A stretch of 64,000 nt of DNA from Chrysomallon squamiferum (GCA_012295275.1 CM022665.1:20212001-20276000), one strand, 5' to 3'. Counted from the stretch's first letter, positions 42,124-56,528 are shown. A program made the numbers and translations. The notes: a model not told the origin generated them from the sequence alone.

Positions 42124-43606
42124 GTATATCGATGAATTTAATAAGAAACATAAAAATCTAGCGGTAGATTTATTACTTTACTAATATTCCACTCTAACTT
42201 GATGGAGCACCAACATAGCGTTTTTATCGATTACCTCTCCGTTACTGCTTCTCTTATTTGCTTTCCGTGCTCTCTCAGGCTGCCATAAAACAGGTTATTT
42301 AAAAAAGGTGCAATAAACTTATAAATGTTGACAAAGACTTGTTTTCACACCACCGGTCTTACTTCAATATTGTATCTGTTAACGTCGTGTCTTTCCCTTA
42401 ATTCCGCCCACCGTATTCCGCGCACCCGAGCTGTCGTGTCTTTACTTCGAAGTAAAAGATTTGTTTACAGAAAGTAAAGAAGACGGTGTTTGACTGCTGT
42501 CTCATGTTAATGGTGCTTTTATTCCAGAACGATGGTGATCGAGTTTTTCTACACACTGGTCAGTAATTGAAGAGTTTCTACAACTCGGGTGTCAATATGC
42601 CTGTAAGGTGGGTACATAATAATTAGACATTTATTTACAAATGAGTGACAGTGTGAACGTATTATCACGTGACCACACCTGAAATCTCTCTTTTCTGATA
42701 GGTGATGACATTAATTTATGTCTTCACTTGCTCAGGTACTTAATTAGTTCTCGTTTACACACAGGTAAATAATAACTAAAACTTTATATTGTTACATTAC
42801 ACATATTGCTTTAATGTTCGTTTTCTTGTTTTTAAAAACAAAAGGTGAGTAATTATATTATTTTTTTCTTCATATATTTCTTTGTTTTCTGTTTTATTAC
42901 TGCTTTTATTCGTCATTTTGTTTGTCTTATGCCTTCTTTATAATGAGTTTAATGTTTATAATGATATATTTATCATTTCGTTATATTTCTTATTATTGTT
43001 GTCTTTTCTTTCTTGCTTTATTTCTTTCCTTTTTATTTACCTACTTATTTCCGTATCTATTTATTAACTTATTTATTTACGTATATATTATTCATTTATT
43101 CTCTTATTTATTTATTTACTCGTTTATTTATTTAATTTTTATTTATTCTCTTATTTATTTATTTATTCATTCATTTACTCATTCATTCATTCATTTACGT
43201 AACTTACTTACTTAGTTACTTACTTATTTCAGTTATTTCATAATTAATTTTATTTGCTGTTGTTAAATTGCTTTTAACATAATTTTTTATTATTGTTTTT
43301 TTTTTTTTAAATATTTATTTTACTGCGACACTTTTAAAACTACGTATTTCACAGTTACCCTTAAACCTGTGTCAGAAACATCAGCGTTTCCTGAAACACG
43401 TGCATCCTGCTGTCTGTACTTCAGCTCATTTCCACTTTGTCAGCCTTTGTATTCTTTGTCATGTCTGTGTTTGTTGTTCGCTGTACAGCAAGTGTTTGCT
43501 GTCGTTACTGCTTCTTTTGATTTTACATTGTCGTTTTGTGTTATTATTTTATCATAATCATTAATATTCCATTATTATTATTACTATTATTACTATTATT
43601 ATCCAT

Positions 43607-43712
<106 letters not shown>

Positions 43713-43995
43713 ATATATCTAACTATTTATCTATTTATTTATTTATTTAGAAACAATTTATTCTCAGGCTCTCTCGCTGATAATAATTTGAAATCGTCAC
43801 AGTAGATATAGGAAATAATATATTACTGCCTAAAGTATCATGCGAAGGTAAGAATGCCTGTTTGCAGCGAAGCTATGCCGAGCTGTATCGGGCCATTCGG
43901 CATCGCCTTACACTGAACTGGTATACACTGTTATATATTCTTATTTAATATTTATATTTGTATACTGTTATATATACTGAATTAATATACAGTGT

Positions 43996-44077
<82 letters not shown>

Positions 44078-44237
44078 TATATATACACACACACACATAT
44101 GTATGTATATTGAATTAATACACAATGCTACATATATACTGAATTAATATATAACTTTTATATATAGTGAATTAATATAGGCCTACACTTTTATGAGAAA
44201 GTGAGAGAGAAAAAAGAAAGCGAGACACAGAGAAACG

Positions 44238-44359
<122 letters not shown>

Positions 44360-45082
44360 GACAGGCGGGGTGAATTGTATATCAATGGATTTAATAAGAA
44401 ACATAATAAAAAACGAGCGGGACATTTATTACTTTACTAGTATTCCACTCTAACATAACGAGTTCTTGCTAGTAACTAGTATAGTTGTACTTTACAACCT
44501 GACAACAAAAGATAGGACCAATACTGAATTTTATTTTATTTTGTCAACGTAAACTGTCAAGTTATTGGCTAGTATTGACGAGACAAAACAGATATAATAA
44601 AAAAAAATAAAAAAAACCCAGGCCATGTACAAACTAGCTAACTGTACGCTTTAAACCTCCAGTACTGGGACAAAGAAACGACCGCATAATTGCTTTGTAA
44701 GAATATCGTTGATTTGTAGAAAGAAATAAAAAAAAAAGAAATATAAATTAAATGTGTGGCGTGAGTAACTTGAATGGCTGGAGTCGTCCCGTGCAGTTTG
44801 CACAAATCTTTCGTTCACGCCTGACGTGTATTGTGTGTTATTACATACATAAAATATTAACAATGTCAACTGAACGTGTGTTTAATCTCACGTTAGCAAA
44901 TATCTCCTGTCTACCGGTTTCTTACACGTTCGTATCTCTGACTGACCCAGCCGATTTTTAATGTTTTCATTAAACCAATATTCGTCTCACGTTTCTTATA
45001 ATGATGATGATAGCGATGATGATGATGATGACGGTGATAAGAGACATTATACAAATAATAGTAATATTCATCTTGCGTTTTT

Positions 45083-45113
<31 letters not shown>

Positions 45114-45156
45114 GAACAACAGCAACAACAACAACAGTAAAAATAACAACAACAAC

Positions 45157-45192
<36 letters not shown>

Positions 45193-45798
45193 CGTCATCA
45201 TCATCATAATAGTGTCCATACTATCTGTACCGGAAGTGGAGCAGTCACAGTGGATCTATTTTTGGTGAACGTATTTTTATACACAAAGTGTATTTAGTAC
45301 GTTTAACTAATCTAATACATAAATACACTCAGACATGAAACTTTCTTCAAATAAAAGAAACCTCTTCTAAACAATTTATTTGTGAAAGAAAACGATTAAA
45401 CCGCACAAGACTTTAATATCGAAAAACTCGATTTTCAAGCTTGCCATTCACCCTCACACAAATGACGTATTGTTGACGTCTGCTTTTTCTTTTTCTTTTT
45501 TTCGTCTTGCAAGTCATACATGCGCGTGAATCTATACCTCTTTACTCTCACCACACTTTGATCTGGTGCCGGATGAGGTTTATCCAATACACAACAATTT
45601 CTCTATTTCCACTACAAAGGAAATGAGTACAAAAGCCTCTACCGAAACATCGATATTAGCGAAGTGTACGGGGAGATTTTCCAATACCCTCGCTAGAAAT
45701 CGTTCACGTCGTCATCAGAACTGGGTCGCTCGTTTAGTGACAAATTTCTTGTGATAAGTATTCGTAATCAGAGGATTAGACCCGAACACACTTAAACA

Positions 45799-45848
45799 AT
45801 GGAATACAGAGCTCTCTGTACGACGTTTTTGCCCATTCTGCCTATAAA
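45799..45848 (+). CDS. Distal first coding exon (MEYRALCTTFLPILPI-) of the gene ending at 48723
   Basis: aacaATGG start, 50 bp (16 codons + 2), donor AA|gtaagt at 45849. Phase 2 matches the acceptor at 47726/47727, giving a 348-aa protein. Confidence 0.6.
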
Positions 45849-45907
45849 GTAAGTCTCTTAATTAACCAAACCGGTTTCGGTTGAATGTACTTTCTGCAAC
45901 TGCATGA

Positions 45908-45957
<50 letters not shown>

Positions 45958-46264
45958 CAGTGGGTAAAAGCAGGCTTAGATAAAAGTATTAAAGTATTAT
46001 ATGTAACATACTCAAAATTGGATAATATTAATTTTAAACTTTTAAAGCTTTTCAGCTGTTTCAAATGATTATTTAAAAAAAAAACCCAAACAAACAAAAA
46101 TACTTTTTTTAATGATTTAAGTTTGTAATAAAAATATAAAGACGCTTAACTTGTTTGTATCTCTCCCCATGTGTCCGTTTCTCTCCTTTTCCCTCTTACA
46201 ACTTTATCTATCTTTTTCATCTATCCCTCTCTATCCTTCTATTTCGCTCTCTATCTCTTGTGTC

Positions 46265-46370
<106 letters not shown>

Positions 46371-46690
46371 ACATTAACACGACTCTCACTATAAAAACAG
46401 TAGAAAACAATTATTAAAAGATAATTCAATCTTTTTGTGGTGAACATTTCACAGCAGTGTGAAACAAGATTCATAATTATGTGGAATAATTTATTATAAA
46501 ATTTCCTTTAGAAATGGTTTTATTTATTAAAGATAAAAAATGTATATATATATAATTTTACAGTAAATAAATGACCACTAATCTTATATTATACATTTTA
46601 TTTAAATATTTCTATATCACAATGTCAGTTCAAAATTAATAATAATATTAATAATTACTACTACTCTTTTTATTATTACTGTATTTATTA

Positions 46691-46729
<39 letters not shown>

Positions 46730-47102
46730 ATGATGATGCTGCTGCTGCACCAGTGGTGTACACCAGTAGAATTATCTGCAGTGTCAAAGCTGTACTGACA
46801 AGAATTCTGACAAAACTATTCTTTTCAGAGTAATCGTCGACGTTTTGTAACATTAACACGAAGCTGGGAATTCGCTTTGCCACACATTTTCAATGGCGAA
46901 TTGTCCATCGTTCACTTCGTTTTAAATTAACGATCGCCATTGATTAAGTGATTTGTAGCACGAACTAATTTCCGCCTTTTTTTTATTCGCTCCTAGGCAG
47001 GCTTATTATAATTATTTCCACTGCCGCGTTATTACGATCTCGCTGATTCTGATGAATTTTTTTTGTGTTGTTACTTTGAGACTATATTGAAATGACATTA
47101 GA

Positions 47103-47128
47103 ATGTTTTCAAAAAGAAAGATTTTGAG
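47103..47128 (+). CDS. Proximal alternative first coding exon (MFSKRKIL-) of the gene ending at 48723
   Basis: ATG at 47103, 26 bp (8 codons + 2), strong donor AG|gtgagt at 47129. Phase 2, in frame with the exon at 47727. Confidence 0.5.
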
Positions 47129-47169
47129 GTGAGTTGGATAAACTGGGTGTGTATATATGTGTGTGTATA

Positions 47170-47226
<57 letters not shown>

Positions 47227-47726
47227 CGCACGTTCGTATGTAGTAGGTATGAAAGTTGATATGTATGTGTGTATATCTATAACTATCTATCTATCAACTG
47301 GAATTCGAAATAGTTTGTGTTGATTTGTTGTCTTTATGTTTTATTTATTAATTTATTATTATTATCATCATCATCATCATCATTATCATTATTATCATCA
47401 TCATTATTATTATACAAGCAGGATGTCGAAGAAGAATATGTAGTTTAATGTATTTCTAGAGAGTGTTTCTTAAAGCGATATAGAAATAGTTTAAAAAACA
47501 CTTTTATTTTTTTGTTCTTGGTGGTGGTTGTGGTTGCTTTGTTTGTTTTGTTGTTCTTGATTTTTTTTTTTTTTTTTGTTGTTGTTTTTTTTTTTTTTTG
47601 TTTTCGTCGTTCTTTTCTGGGTTTTGTTGTTGTTGTTGTTGTAGTTTCTGTTTCGCTTTGTTTTGTTATGTTTAGTTTTGTTATGTTTGTTTGTTTGTCT
47701 TTTAATATTTATTTATTTTATTTCAG

Positions 47727-48723
47727 TCCTATTCCACCTCGACGTCCGTTGACGTCATACGGGGAACGAACATCAAACCAGGTAACCCGCCCGAAATCCG
47801 CGCTTCATACGTCATCGAGGAGAGAGATGCCACGTAATCACGTGAACATCGCGAGATTCTACGACTGGTCAGATGACCTGGGTACGTGTGTGTCCGTGAC
47901 TAAGTTGTACAGAGACATTGCCTCGATGACGAGAATCAACAACGACGTCAAACGACCTCTAAACATACAATGGTGTTCCAACGGCGTCAGACTAACACCA
48001 GGACGGATGTTTTCCCGCGAGAAAAACGCGCTGACAAAAGGAGAAAGGGAGATAATCAATGGCATTTGTCGAAACAGGAGTTGTCCTAAGGAGTACTACG
48101 ACCCGCCTAATATCAAGAGTCACCAGGATGCCTGGCTGGCAGGGAAGCAAATGGGGCGTGGCAGCTCAAGACGAGGGGACGGTTCAGACAGTGGCATGGA
48201 CAGTTACAGGACACCCAGAGACTCTGTTAACACATCAAGACTGTGTATGGATTGTTCCAGCACAGATATGTTAAGTCGTATGGTTAAAAGTGCATCAAGC
48301 AGGTCAAAGGTTGAAGGTTATTATTGTGTCAAAGGTCGGCCGGTTACTCGTTCCAGTGACAATGGTTATAACTCTGGTGACGGGGCCATACCATCAGCTC
48401 CACCCAGCACTCCGGAACGCGTTTTAAACACCAGGCCCAGAGTTCCGCCCATTAACAACGGACAAGGCGCCATTTTAATAGAGAACGTGAGAGAGGCGAG
48501 ACATTCCGCTCGCAAAGTGAGAATGGACGTCTTTCTTCCAAGAATTACGTCAGAGCTACTGGACGACGAAACGTACCACAGTCGTCGAGTCCAACAGCCT
48601 GCAAGTGATCATGTGATCAGTAACAGTGACAGTTCGTTTGACAGTACGACTGCCTGTGGTAGCTCTGTGTACCTACACCACAGAGCGAAAGACGAAAGTC
48701 TACATCTTCATGTAGGAGAATGA
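47727..48723 (+). CDS. Large terminal coding exon of an uncharacterised Ser/Arg-rich protein (about 340-348 aa in total)
   Basis: Polypyrimidine tract and tttcag acceptor ending at 47726, then about 1 kb of GC-elevated open frame (PIPPRRPLTSYG...LHVGE*). The hydrophobic start of the tracked ORF is intronic T-rich sequence. Confidence 0.85.
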
Positions 48724-50155
48724 CACTTTGCGGTTCTTCATGGTGCTCAGTAAATGTAAATGTGACAGTATAGTCACAACAGGATGTCTGTGTTCCGATA
48801 ATCTTCACAGTCATGTACAACAGTCAGGTACAATGTACCAATCTTGTTAATTAAGTTTACATATTTATTTAAAACCGTGCGTAACTGCAAGCAGAGAAAG
48901 TATTATAAATCTCAGTATTATTAAAATAGACATAACACATGAAACAATGTCACGTCATTTAAATAACAGGAAGGTTTAGCATAGACGTAATTCGTTCACG
49001 TTTCTGATTACGTACGGACTTTATGGTACGGGTCATGCACGTAATTCGCTTTCAGTTTATCTTCCACGTAAAGACAAATCACGTATCGAAATAGGTCAAG
49101 AAAGGGAAGTAACTATAGCTCTAGAACTCATAAAAGTTTTATTTATGGTTCGAATATGTACAAGATATTCAACGTTTATGTTGCCAAATGACCAAAATCA
49201 ATTACAGGTTCTCCACTGATTCTGAGAGAAAAAATACAGGCAAATTTTATTCAGATAAAAATTCGTAATCCATTTCATATAAGAGCTATCGAAGACATCT
49301 TGGAGTCATTTTAATTTGTTTTTATTGATGTTTCTGATGATATTTAATTTTATAGAAAAATTATGGTTTTGAAAATTCTGTCAGATACAAATTATTTGTT
49401 ATTTGTTTCTCTTTAAACAGTATAGTACCCACAGAACTATGGAATGGCTAGCATTTTCCTTTGCGAACAAATGTCTGTTTATCAGCAAGAAGCAAAATAA
49501 CATCTTAAGGCAATATAAAGGTCAACAACGTTAACTTACTACTTTTTAAACGTATATTAGTTTGAATTTAGCAACCGAAATCGTAATCCCGTGAAATCGT
49601 AATTATGTGAAAACCATGCAAGAAAATGCACCTTAAAAAAAACACTAATCTGTGCAAAGATATTAAAAGGAAATCATAAAAACAAGATTCACCCTTTATA
49701 ACGTTTCAAAAAATTGCTATAACGATACGGAAATGCACACGTGTAAGTGCCCTCTATACGTAAACTTGTCCCGTATCGAGAAAATCTCGCGAGAAAAGGC
49801 AATACGGGTTCGGTACGTGAAAGTTACGCCTATGCTAAACCTCTCTTACACGTTTCAAATACAGGTAGGAATGGAAACTGATTACTGTTCATTACGACAG
49901 CACAAATAATTAAAAATGTTTAAATCGGAGGTGATGAAATGTCACTACGAATTGCTCAATACTACAGGGATATATAATATCTAAGTGAAAAATTCATTTA
50001 ATCACGACTCCTAAAGTTAATGCATCTTATAATACATAATTATCAACATACATGAAATATTCGTTTTTACAAGAGACAGACAGAGGTATGCAGACTTTAC
50101 TGAATATCTTTAGTTAACCAAACTCGATGGCCGTCACTTTTTCATATCATACAGT

Positions 50156-50194
<39 letters not shown>

Positions 50195-50303
50195 TTTTTG
50201 TTTGTTTATTTATTTATGGATACACTTTTACAGAAATAGCATGCGTGTATATGTATGTACGTGTGTTTTTGTATTTACGTATGAATGTAAATATGTTTGT
50301 ATT

Positions 50304-50350
<47 letters not shown>

Positions 50351-52196
50351 GAATCTGCGTGTTATGAAAAAACATAATAAAAAATTACTTAGTATTGTTT
50401 TACGTTAAATTATATATTTTAAAATGATAATATCAAGTTTAACTTCATTATTAAATAAATAATTTTTAAATTGTTAAAGTATAAATTATTATTATTATTA
50501 TTACTACTACTGCTAATACTATTACTACTATTATACTTATTATATAGGTAAATAATCAGAATATATTGATGGTAATAGTATCAGCTGTGTCATGTATAAA
50601 ATAAATACAAAAATATAAGTTTGTTTGTTTGTTTGTTGTTGTTTTATTAGAAAAAGTAGCTGTTATGATAAAGAAAGAAAGAAACTAAATAATAAACAAA
50701 ATTTAAATATTTTTATTTTTTATCAGTGTCGTACTTGTATTTTATTTCAGGTTTTTTTTATTTATTCGATTGTTTCCTTACTTATGTATATATTCATAGA
50801 CTTATTTATTAATTTATTTATTTGTTTGTTTGTTTGTAACTATTAATTTATGTATATATTTTTATTTACTTATTTATCATATTTTTGTCACGTTATTTAT
50901 TTATTTTTCATTATTGTTGTTCATCCATTTATATAAAACATTATATTGTAAATGTTTACAAAACTCCAAAAATTATATTATCACTCTGATTTCATTATGT
51001 AGATCAAATTTGACCTTTTTACTTAAATTTACGACCTGTGGACATTATTTTGTGAAATGTCTGCTGTCACTGGCAACTTACTGTAAAGTCAAATAAACGC
51101 CCAGTGCGGAAAGGCAACATTAAAGCATTTAATTAACATATTTAGTGAAATTCTTTGTGAAGATTAAAGGAATAGCCAACTCAGGAGGGGTGAAATTATA
51201 TCAAGTGTAATGTAGAAAATAATTCTCCATGACTTTTGGAAAAGGTCAAAAGTGGTATGTGTGAATAAAACATTTGAATGAATCACTGCACGAAATGACG
51301 TCACAGCGTGTTAAACAGTTGTATTAGTCTCTTGGAGACTTGAAGCGTATCTGATTTACATAACACTACGTTAATTTGTTTCTGTACTTTAATTAAATTT
51401 TGACACAGTTGCATGCATGTAATTGTTTGTTAAGACTTAATTTAAACTCAGATATTCTCGTTTTAGAAATAGGCTCGATTATTTCAGCATAGGAAAATTA
51501 TTCAAGTGATAAAGTCGCATTTACGTCGAAATGTATTATTTTGATGTCACAAACCAAATGGCGATTGTGACAACGACAATGTTGATGCGATGATGATGGC
51601 AGGATAATGTTTATACTAAACTGGAGAATAATTATCAAATACATTATGATAAAGTTACACAAAAAGTAAAAAATAATCAGTAAAATAAACGTAGCCGAGT
51701 TTTACAGTATTTTTGCTGATTTTTGCCTTGTTTATCATTTACAACATCAGTCTATGACAGAAGGTAAAAGTAGAATATTCGTTATCAATTAACAGTCTGG
51801 CTAGTAATTAATATTAAGTTTTGACGTAATTATATAACCACTAATTTTAGTTGCCTTAAAAAAATCATTCAAGTTAATTATCTGAACTTTTTTATAATTT
51901 CGTTTGTTTTAAACCGTATGTACTTTAATCATCTGTTCATCATAAGTCAAAATTTAATAAAATTATACAAGATGCTTTTTCTCTCTCTTTTTTTTTTTTT
52001 TTTTTTAATTTTTTTAAATTGATTCAAGTACAGACATTTCACAGTAAAATTCGCTTAACGTTCAGAAACTGCGTACTTAAGTTAAAAATATTCAACTGCT
52101 GTACGAGTTTGAATAATACGAGAACAGCGAGACCCAACCATGTAATGAGCGCTCATTACAAACACTTGACATTTTTCTCTCTAATAGCTCTCTCTT

Positions 52197-52202
52197 TATA
52201 AA
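52197..52202 (+). promoter_or_regulatory. Candidate TATA box of the EF-hand gene
   Basis: TATAAA 38 bp upstream of gccATGG at 52235. The DNA is AT-rich, so chance occurrence is possible. Confidence 0.4.
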
Positions 52203-52234
52203 CTGTTGTTTGTCAAACAGCAGAAAACAACGCC

Positions 52235-52289
52235 ATGGAGCTCGCTAAAGTTTTACTTCTTGTTTGTCTTACGGTACTCTCTGTGTCAG
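52235..52289 (+). CDS. Exon 1 (signal peptide) of a secreted EF-hand Ca-binding protein
   Basis: gccATGG Kozak context; MELAKVLLLVCLTVLSVSG has a hydrophobic core and VSG cleavage motif; donor CAG|gtaagt, phase 1. Confidence 0.85.
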
Positions 52290-52344
52290 GTAAGTACAGT
52301 TTGCAGTTGTACACCTCAGTACTGAGATCTCATTTACAGACATG

Positions 52345-52960
52345 TGAAATAGCTCGTATATTTATAAATGCCGTGTTTCTAATTCAAGCAGGATTTCTAA
52401 AGCATAGAATAATAGTCCATCTGGAATCACGAAACCTCAGACTGACAGAAAGAATCATAATCCATTTATACACTGGATTTATAATTATAGTAGCTTTTAA
52501 TCAATTTTAAAAACAGTTGTAAAGAAGTATAGAGATTTATTGTATACAAATATGAAATAGTTCGTTCATTTCTAAATGTCGTGTTTCTTATTAAAGCAAT
52601 GCTTTTAATGCAGAGATATTTGTCCATCTGGAACCATAAAACCTCAAAACTGAGAGAAAGAATTAGGATCAATTTATACGCTAAATTTATAAATTTATCA
52701 CTTTAAAAACAATAGTAAGCAAATACTGTTTATAAATTAATTATTTTAACGTTTAATAAAGAAATACATGACAAATGAAAAAGGTTATAAGATGTTGTAA
52801 TTAAATAACTCGTACATTTCCGAAAGATTCTTTTGTGTGTTATTAAAGCAGCGATTTAAAGTATGGTTAATAGTCCGTCTGGGAAGAGTCAACATACATT
52901 TATGCAATGAATTTATATATTAATTATCGTAATTTCTAATCACTTTAAAAATAACAATAA
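52345..52960. repeat. Three diverged tandem copies of about 200-250 bp in intron 1 of the EF-hand gene
   Basis: The pattern aaatag(c)tcgt...aagca...gtccatctgg...tttaaaaa recurs at about 52346, 52554 and 52803. Confidence 0.75.
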
Positions 52961-54464
52961 ACAAATGCACTTTATAAATTGGTTAATGTTGTTTTTAATC
53001 AATTATAAAACAAACAAAAAAGAGAAATACGGGGCTACAAAAAAAAAAAAAAAGTTAAGAGGCGTGAATATTTATAAAGGTTAAGAACTGCTGCAGTAAA
53101 GTATGCACATGATGGTGTGACTAACTGTAAAACAGTATAAACAAACACGTTGATATTTAAATAAGGTCTTAGACGAAAATATTTTAGGACGTTAAATTTT
53201 CTTCCCACGAATGCTAAGATAATGTTTCCAATCATTTTATTTTTTAATTATCTTTGATTAACTGTTGTCAAAAGAAAATGATCTGTGTTCAAAGACTGGA
53301 GTGAAATGTTATCAGTGATTTACTGTAAAAGAAAGTACGACTGCGTGATCAATGATTATATATCCTAAACTGCACGCTTTCACAAAATATTTACAATAAT
53401 CTACATTATTTCTAAATTCAAAGTCACAAAAACCAGTATGGGATAAATAAATGAAAAAAAATGTTCATTAAAATCTTCGACGCCTTGTATTTGTATCCCG
53501 CTCAGTCAAATACCTTTTTTTCCAAATGATCAATGAAATTTACAAAACAGTGTATATCTTTGAAAAACATTTAGTCCACTTACAATCTGATATTTCCATA
53601 TTTAACGTAACAAGCTGAACTCTGACATTCATTTTGATCAATTAAACCACATACATAAACCAATAATAATATATCTATATTTCTAGTGACTCATACCATG
53701 ATACCATTTTTCATTCATTCAGATGCACAATTTGTTTGAAAAAAAAAAAAAAATGCAGAAATAAATTCTGATTCTGAAGTTTTCTAAACTAACTCTTCTA
53801 ATCATTAGAATAATACCACGATTACGAAGCGTTAGTAAAAATAACTCTCGAATTACGACTTTTCTCAAAACCCCTACGATGTTACGTTCACCGAGGTACT
53901 AAGAAAATTAATTTTCTTTTCGCTATAATTTCATAAACAAATGCGTGTGAGTAACGACATAGTGACGCGCCATGGCGAATTTCTGAACCAAAATCTGAGT
54001 CATACTGAAAACCTACATAACAGACATCACAACTGTTTATTTGCACGGTAATTATTCTTATCAAACATTTAACATATTCCACACAGCAGTAATGAGCAGT
54101 GTAAATGTCTGTGGTTATTTAATGTACATAAAGTAATATAACTAGAAGCAGTGTAGAACTACGCAGAGTATGTAAATATTAACACATTACATTAGTTACT
54201 AGGTTTTTTAAACGTTTGTTATTTATTTAGTCGATGTGAGATAGAGAACCCATTAAGCAGACCGTATTTACTGATTAGAAATAAGAAATATTTTTTATTT
54301 TTTATCTTTTAATATTAGTTTCTGCTAGACAAAGATTATTTTACTTACACGTGTTTCATTCGTTTTACATTTACTATTGCGTTTGTATTAACATGTACAT
54401 AGTCATCATCCATTTTACGTTTACTATTACATTAGTGTTAACATCTAGTTATCATACATTTAAT

Positions 54465-54616
54465 TTCCAGACTGGTTAATCCAAGACTGTAATTTGCTGT
54501 TTGTGGGAAGGTGTGTATTAAGAATTCTTCCTGCTAATCATTCAATATGTGACAGTCCTTCGGTCTCATCGCCATTATAAAATATGATGTGCTGACATCT
54601 AACTAAAAAATCATCC
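54465..54616 (+). mobile_element. Decayed SINE core/3' fragment, probably the same family as 35615-35808
   Basis: TGCTGTTTGTGGGAAGGTGTGTATTAAGAATTCTTCCTGCTAAT loosely matches the 35.6 kb copy (TACTGTCAGTGAAGTGGTTGCATATAAAGAATTTCTTGATGCTAAAT). Confidence 0.4.
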
Positions 54617-54658
54617 GTTACTAAATCTATTTATTTGTTTCTTTCTTTGTTTTTATAT

Positions 54659-54692
<34 letters not shown>

Positions 54693-54803
54693 GGGAGTTT
54701 GGGGAGGTTTTGTGTGTATTTTTGTGGGGGGTTGTGGGGCGGGTTTTTTTTTTTTTTTTTGTTTGTTTGTTTATCTCTCTATTTATTTATTTTACTTATT
54801 TAG

Positions 54804-55047
54804 GATGGGACTCTGTCATGGACGAGAGGTTTTCTGTGTACTACCACACTCTCAACACCAACGGTGACGACATCGTGTCGCTGGACGATCTCGCCACTTG
54901 TGCTAACAGGTCAACGGAAAAGGAAGAAAATGTAAGGGTGAAGGTCAAGTGCGAGGAGATGTTACCTCGCTGGTTCATCTACTGCATCATGGGCGGCTAC
55001 GACGGCCTCTCGGAGCCAGAGTTCATCAGAAAGTTCCAGGATATCGA
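54804..55047 (+). CDS. Exon 2 of the secreted EF-hand protein (EF1 loop NTNGDDIVSLDD, degenerate EF2)
   Basis: Acceptor ttatttag ending at 54803, phase 1 in; donor GA|gtgagt, phase 2 out; 244 bp. Confidence 0.88.
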
Positions 55048-55154
55048 GTGAGTGATGATGGTGTTGAAATTAGTTTGTTAAATCTACTCATTTATTAAAT
55101 ACCTTTTAGATATAGACGAGGTTAATATACAGTTAAATTCGATGTCAGAGCTGC

Positions 55155-55219
<65 letters not shown>

Positions 55220-55362
55220 TATCATTATTATTATTATTAGCGATGATGTTATTAAAATTAGTTTGTTAAATCTACACATTTATTAAATATAACTTAGATA
55301 CAGACGAGGTTAACATACAGCTGACTTTGATGTTATGGCTTATTATTATTATTATTATTATT

Positions 55363-55412
<50 letters not shown>

Positions 55413-55977
55413 TATTATTACTATTTATTATTATTATTATTATTATTGTCGTCGTCGTTGTTGTTGTTGTGGTTTTTGTTCTCATTCTTGTTACCCATTT
55501 CTTCTTCTAATTCTTTTTCTTGCCCTTGTTATATTTACTTTCTTTCTTTCTTTCTTTCTTGTTTGTTTGTTTGTTTTTTAACAGTTTTAATTGAAAAATG
55601 TTTACTAATACATTACATATATATTTATGTTTCTACATTTCTTTGTTTCTGCGTTCGTTCAAAATCAATAATGAAAATGAGTTTTCTCCCCTTGGTTTGC
55701 TTTTATGATCAGATTTATTTCCCTTTAGACATTACCGAGTTCTTTGAAAAAACACGTACTGATGTTTAAATTAACAGCAGTTAATGAAACGGAGCAATTT
55801 TATTCCATTATAGTTAAACATGTACTTTTATAAACTAAGACATAAGGAAAGGAAATAAATGAGTAAATAAAATAATATAAATCAATAAATAAATAACATT
55901 CCGTTAAAGCTAAACATGTATTTTTCGAACTAAGAATAAATAAATAAATAAATAAATAAATAAATGTTTATTTACAG

Positions 55978-56224
55978 AGCTAAAAAAGGAAGAGACAAAT
56001 TCGCACAGACGTTGTTCAGATGTGCTCAGGTGGGTTACAGAATAATGGACATCAACGGCGACGGCTTTATATCGTACGACGAGGACACCTGCATGGCGAC
56101 GCCAACACGACCTGTCGACGCTGCACGGGCCTTGGTTACGTACCTCATGAACGACACACCCTCTGACTTCATCCCACAAAATGCGGCATGTCCCTGGATT
56201 AGTGTGACAAGTGAATCTAAATAA
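55978..56224 (+). CDS. Exon 3 (terminal) of the secreted EF-hand protein (canonical loop DINGDGFISYDE); spliced product 181 aa
   Basis: Acceptor tttacag ending at 55977, phase 2 matches exon 2; TAA at 56222-56224; AATAAA about 25 bp downstream. Exons sum to 55+244+247 = 546 bp. Confidence 0.88.
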
Positions 56225-56528
56225 TGTAATCTTTTAACAGCTGAAAATAAATTTCATAACTTGAAATTTTTAAGTTTTTATTTTATTATTATTATTATTA
56301 TTTTATATATATATAATTTGAAACTGTTTTATTTGTTTTAAAAATAAACAGATCAAATAAAGACTTAATTAATACCATAGCGGATTTATGGTCTTGTCAG
56401 AATTAACATTTAAAATAAGTCCAATAAAATATTTCCAATCATTTGAGAGTTTGTTTATGAAATTATCATCATTGATAATCTTTCTATATTCAAAGGCACA
56501 GGCTTGTATCATCGACTTTTAAAAATGT

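Noticed and set aside
47512-47726. Hydrophobic N-terminus of the 403-aa ORF as a signal or TM segment (similarly 54635-54803)
   Set aside because: T-rich intron sequence upstream of a clear acceptor.
54540-54600. Inverted relic of an EF-hand exon (NGDETEGLSHIE on the minus strand)
   Set aside because: Too short, stop-bounded, and better explained as SINE decay.
52235-56224. Calling the EF-hand protein a photoprotein
   Set aside because: Only fold-level resemblance; coelenterazine-binding residues cannot be verified by eye.
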